Source of the DNA: an uncultured Gemmatimonadaceae bacterium
Lineage (GTDB): Bacteria > Gemmatimonadota > Gemmatimonadetes > Gemmatimonadales > Gemmatimonadaceae
Length of the DNA: 64,000 nt
Assembly: GCA_963843845.1 (NCBI GenBank)
Contig: CAWJMB010000002.1
Location: 3,296,001 to 3,360,000 of the forward strand
Direction: 5' to 3'
The first letter of the stretch is position 1, and each line of letters starts with the position of its first letter. The position numbers and the translations under genes were made by a program. Below the pieces are notes generated by a model. It worked only from the letters and a program-made list of their open reading frames with translations, had not been told where the DNA came from and made no database searches. This document shows positions 61,892-64,000 of the stretch, piece by piece.

Positions 61892-64000
61892 TCATTCGCC
61901 CACCAAGGCCCGCATCGGATCGACGCGGGTCGCCCGCCGCGCCGGCAGCCAGCAGGCGAACACCACCGTCGCGCTCAGCGCGACCGTCACGCCCCCGAAC
62001 ACGAGCGGGTCGGTCGCACTGACGCCGTGCAGCGCCGCGCTCAGCAGCCGAGTCAGTCCGGACGCCAGCGCCAGCCCGAGCGCCACGCCGACGCCCGCCA
62101 TCCGCGCCCCGTCGCCGAGGACGAGCCGCTCGACGTCGCGCGGGCGGGCGCCCAGCGCGACGCGCACGCCGAGCTCGCGCGTTCGCTGCGCGACCTGGTA
62201 GGCGACGACGCCATAGACGCCGACGACCGCGAGCACGAGCGCGACGCCCGCGAACGCGCCGAACAGCGTCGCGTAGAGCCTGAAGCGCCACAGCGCGTCG
62301 CTCGCGATCCCGTCGAGTGTCTGCAGCGACGCGATCGGCAGCACGCGGTCGACCTCGGTCACCGCCCGACGTAGCGCCGGCGCGAGCGAGGCCGCGACGG
62401 ACGTCTCGCCGCGCGTCGCGATCAGCAGCGACATCGTGCGACTCGGGGCCGTCGCCCACGGAAGCCACAGCTGCGACGCCGGCCGCCCCCCCGCCCGACT
62501 CAGCCCGACGTCGCGCGCCACGCCGACCACCGTCAACCACCGCCGCGCCGAGTCGGCGCGCAGCGCGAGGCGCCGGCCGACCGCGCTCGTCGTCGGCCAG
62601 GCGCGTCGCGCGAGCGTCTCGTTCACGACGACCGCCGTGGCGAGCGTGTCGCGCCCTTCCGCCTCCGTGAGGTCGCGCCCGGCGACGAGCGGCACGCGCA
62701 GCGTCGTGAGCGACCCGCCGCTCGTCGGCAGCCACGACACCGACTGCTCGACGGCCGCGTCGTCGCGCCCCTCGACGTACACGGTCGACGTCCGCTCGCC
62801 GCCGTCGAGCGGCGCGCGCGTCATGACCGACGCGTGCGCGACGCCGGGCATCGCGCGCACGCGGGCGAGCGCGGCGTCCATCGTCGCGAGCCGCCGCGTC
62901 GTCGACGCGAACCGTTCGCCAGGGAGGTACAGCCGCGCCACGAGCACGCCGCGTGTCGTGAACCCGGGATCGATCGTGCTGAGCCGGAGCACGTCTCTGA
63001 TCATCACCCCGGCGCCGACGAGCAGCACGAGCGCCAGCGCGAGCGCGCCGGTGACGAGCCCTTCGCGCAGCCGCCGCGCGCCGACGCTCGTGCCGCGCCC
63101 GCCGTCGCGCAGCGCCGGCGCCAGCTGCGGGCGTGACGCGCGCACCGCCGGGAGCAGCCCGAAGACGAGCCCTGTCGCGAGCGACAGGGCGACCGCGTAG
63201 CCGACCACGTTCCGGTCGACCGCGAACACGATCCACGACGGATACGCGACCCGGGTCGTGCGCCGCAGCAGCTCGGTGCTCGCGTTCGCGATCCCGACGC
63301 CGAGCGCGCCGCCGGCGAGCGCGACGAGCAGACTCTCGGTGACGAGGAGCCGCACGACGCGCGCTCGGCCGGCGCCTAACGCGAGCCGCACGGCCAGCTC
63401 GCGCCGCCGCGCCGCCGTGCGCGCCAGCAGCAGGTTCGCGACGCTCGCGCAGGCGATGAGCAGCACGAAGCCGACGGCGCCCATCATGGCGCCGAACACG
63501 GGGCGCACTTCCTCGGGCACGAGCGTGCCGGTCAGCGCGACCGCGCGCGGCACCCAGTCGGCGTCGCCGGCGTGCAGCGCGCCGATCCGTGTCGCGATCG
63601 CTCCGAGCTCGCGCGTCGCCGCCTCGCGCGTCACGCCGGGGCGCAGCCGCCCGATCGCGGTGAGCGACGGGTTCGCTCGCGCGGCGACGTCACGGTCGTA
63701 GGGCAGCGGCGTCCACAGCGCCTCGCGGTCGCCGGTGATCCCGATGCTCGGCGGCATGACCCCCACCACGGTGGTCGGCACGCCGTCGAGCGTCACGCGC
63801 TGCCCGACGACGCGCGGATCGGCGGCGAAGTGCGCGCGCCACGTCTCGTCGCTCAACAGCGCCACGGCGGGCGCCCCCGGCACGCTCTCGTCGGTGCGGA
63901 AGGCGCGGCCCAACGCCGGGCGCACGCCGACGACGGTGAAGTAGTCGTCGGTGATCTGCACGGCGGTCACGGCCTCGGCGCCGTCGCCGCGCGCGAGACT
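61892..64000 (-). CDS. ADOP-type duplicated ABC permease, 5' end outside the window
   Basis: IACASVANLLLART..RRRELAVRLALGA, RTRELGVRVALGA, PARRATRVDP. Confidence 0.92.
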   Translation of the reverse strand, partial: SLARGDGAEAVTAVQITDDYFTVVGVRPALGRAFRTDESVPGAPAVALLSDETWRAHFAADPRVVGQRVTLDGVPTTVVGVMPPSIGITGDREALWTPLPYDRDVAARANPSLTAIGRLRPGVTREAATRELGAIATRIGALHAGDADWVPRAVALTGTLVPEEVRPVFGAMMGAVGFVLLIACASVANLLLARTAARRRELAVRLALGAGRARVVRLLVTESLLVALAGGALGVGIANASTELLRRTTRVAYPSWIVFAVDRNVVGYAVALSLATGLVFGLLPAVRASRPQLAPALRDGGRGTSVGARRLREGLVTGALALALVLLVGAGVMIRDVLRLSTIDPGFTTRGVLVARLYLPGERFASTTRRLATMDAALARVRAMPGVAHASVMTRAPLDGGERTSTVYVEGRDDAAVEQSVSWLPTSGGSLTTLRVPLVAGRDLTEAEGRDTLATAVVVNETLARRAWPTTSAVGRRLALRADSARRWLTVVGVARDVGLSRAGGRPASQLWLPWATAPSRTMSLLIATRGETSVAASLAPALRRAVTEVDRVLPIASLQTLDGIASDALWRFRLYATLFGAFAGVALVLAVVGVYGVVAYQVAQRTRELGVRVALGARPRDVERLVLGDGARMAGVGVALGLALASGLTRLLSAALHGVSATDPLVFGGVTVALSATVVFACWLPARRATRVDPMRALVGE

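Overview
Very GC-rich bacterial chromosomal window. Gene content suggests Gemmatimonadota (inference: ADOP permeases with PadR, Ser/Thr kinase, DUF5916, TonB fusions). Positions 1-20.6 kb hold a flagellar region (flhA-flhF-flhG-fliA; flgF-G-A-H-I-J-N-K-csrA; motA and motB) interrupted by accessory genes. The rest encodes a Ser/Thr kinase with a Cys-rich lipoprotein, a PadR-ADOP-Kelch unit, an EAL-HDOD protein, an amidohydrolase, an ABC exporter, TonB-related proteins, SCO and rhodanese proteins, two two-component systems, an S8 protease and a cluster of four ADOP permeases around one ABC ATPase. Many conserved genes carry frameshifts that look like sequencing or assembly indels. I saw no rRNA, tRNA, CRISPR array or transposase. 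The strongest unexplained signal is a dispersed, over-represented motif, (C)GTTAGGC/GCCTAAC(G): 24 copies counted by eye, mostly written into coding sequence through the otherwise very rare TTA codon. Other notable signals: motA and motB are split and each has a sigma28-like promoter, padR has a doubled palindromic operator, the ABC operon has a full sigma54-type promoter architecture, and a family of heptamer-based palindromic repeats recurs.
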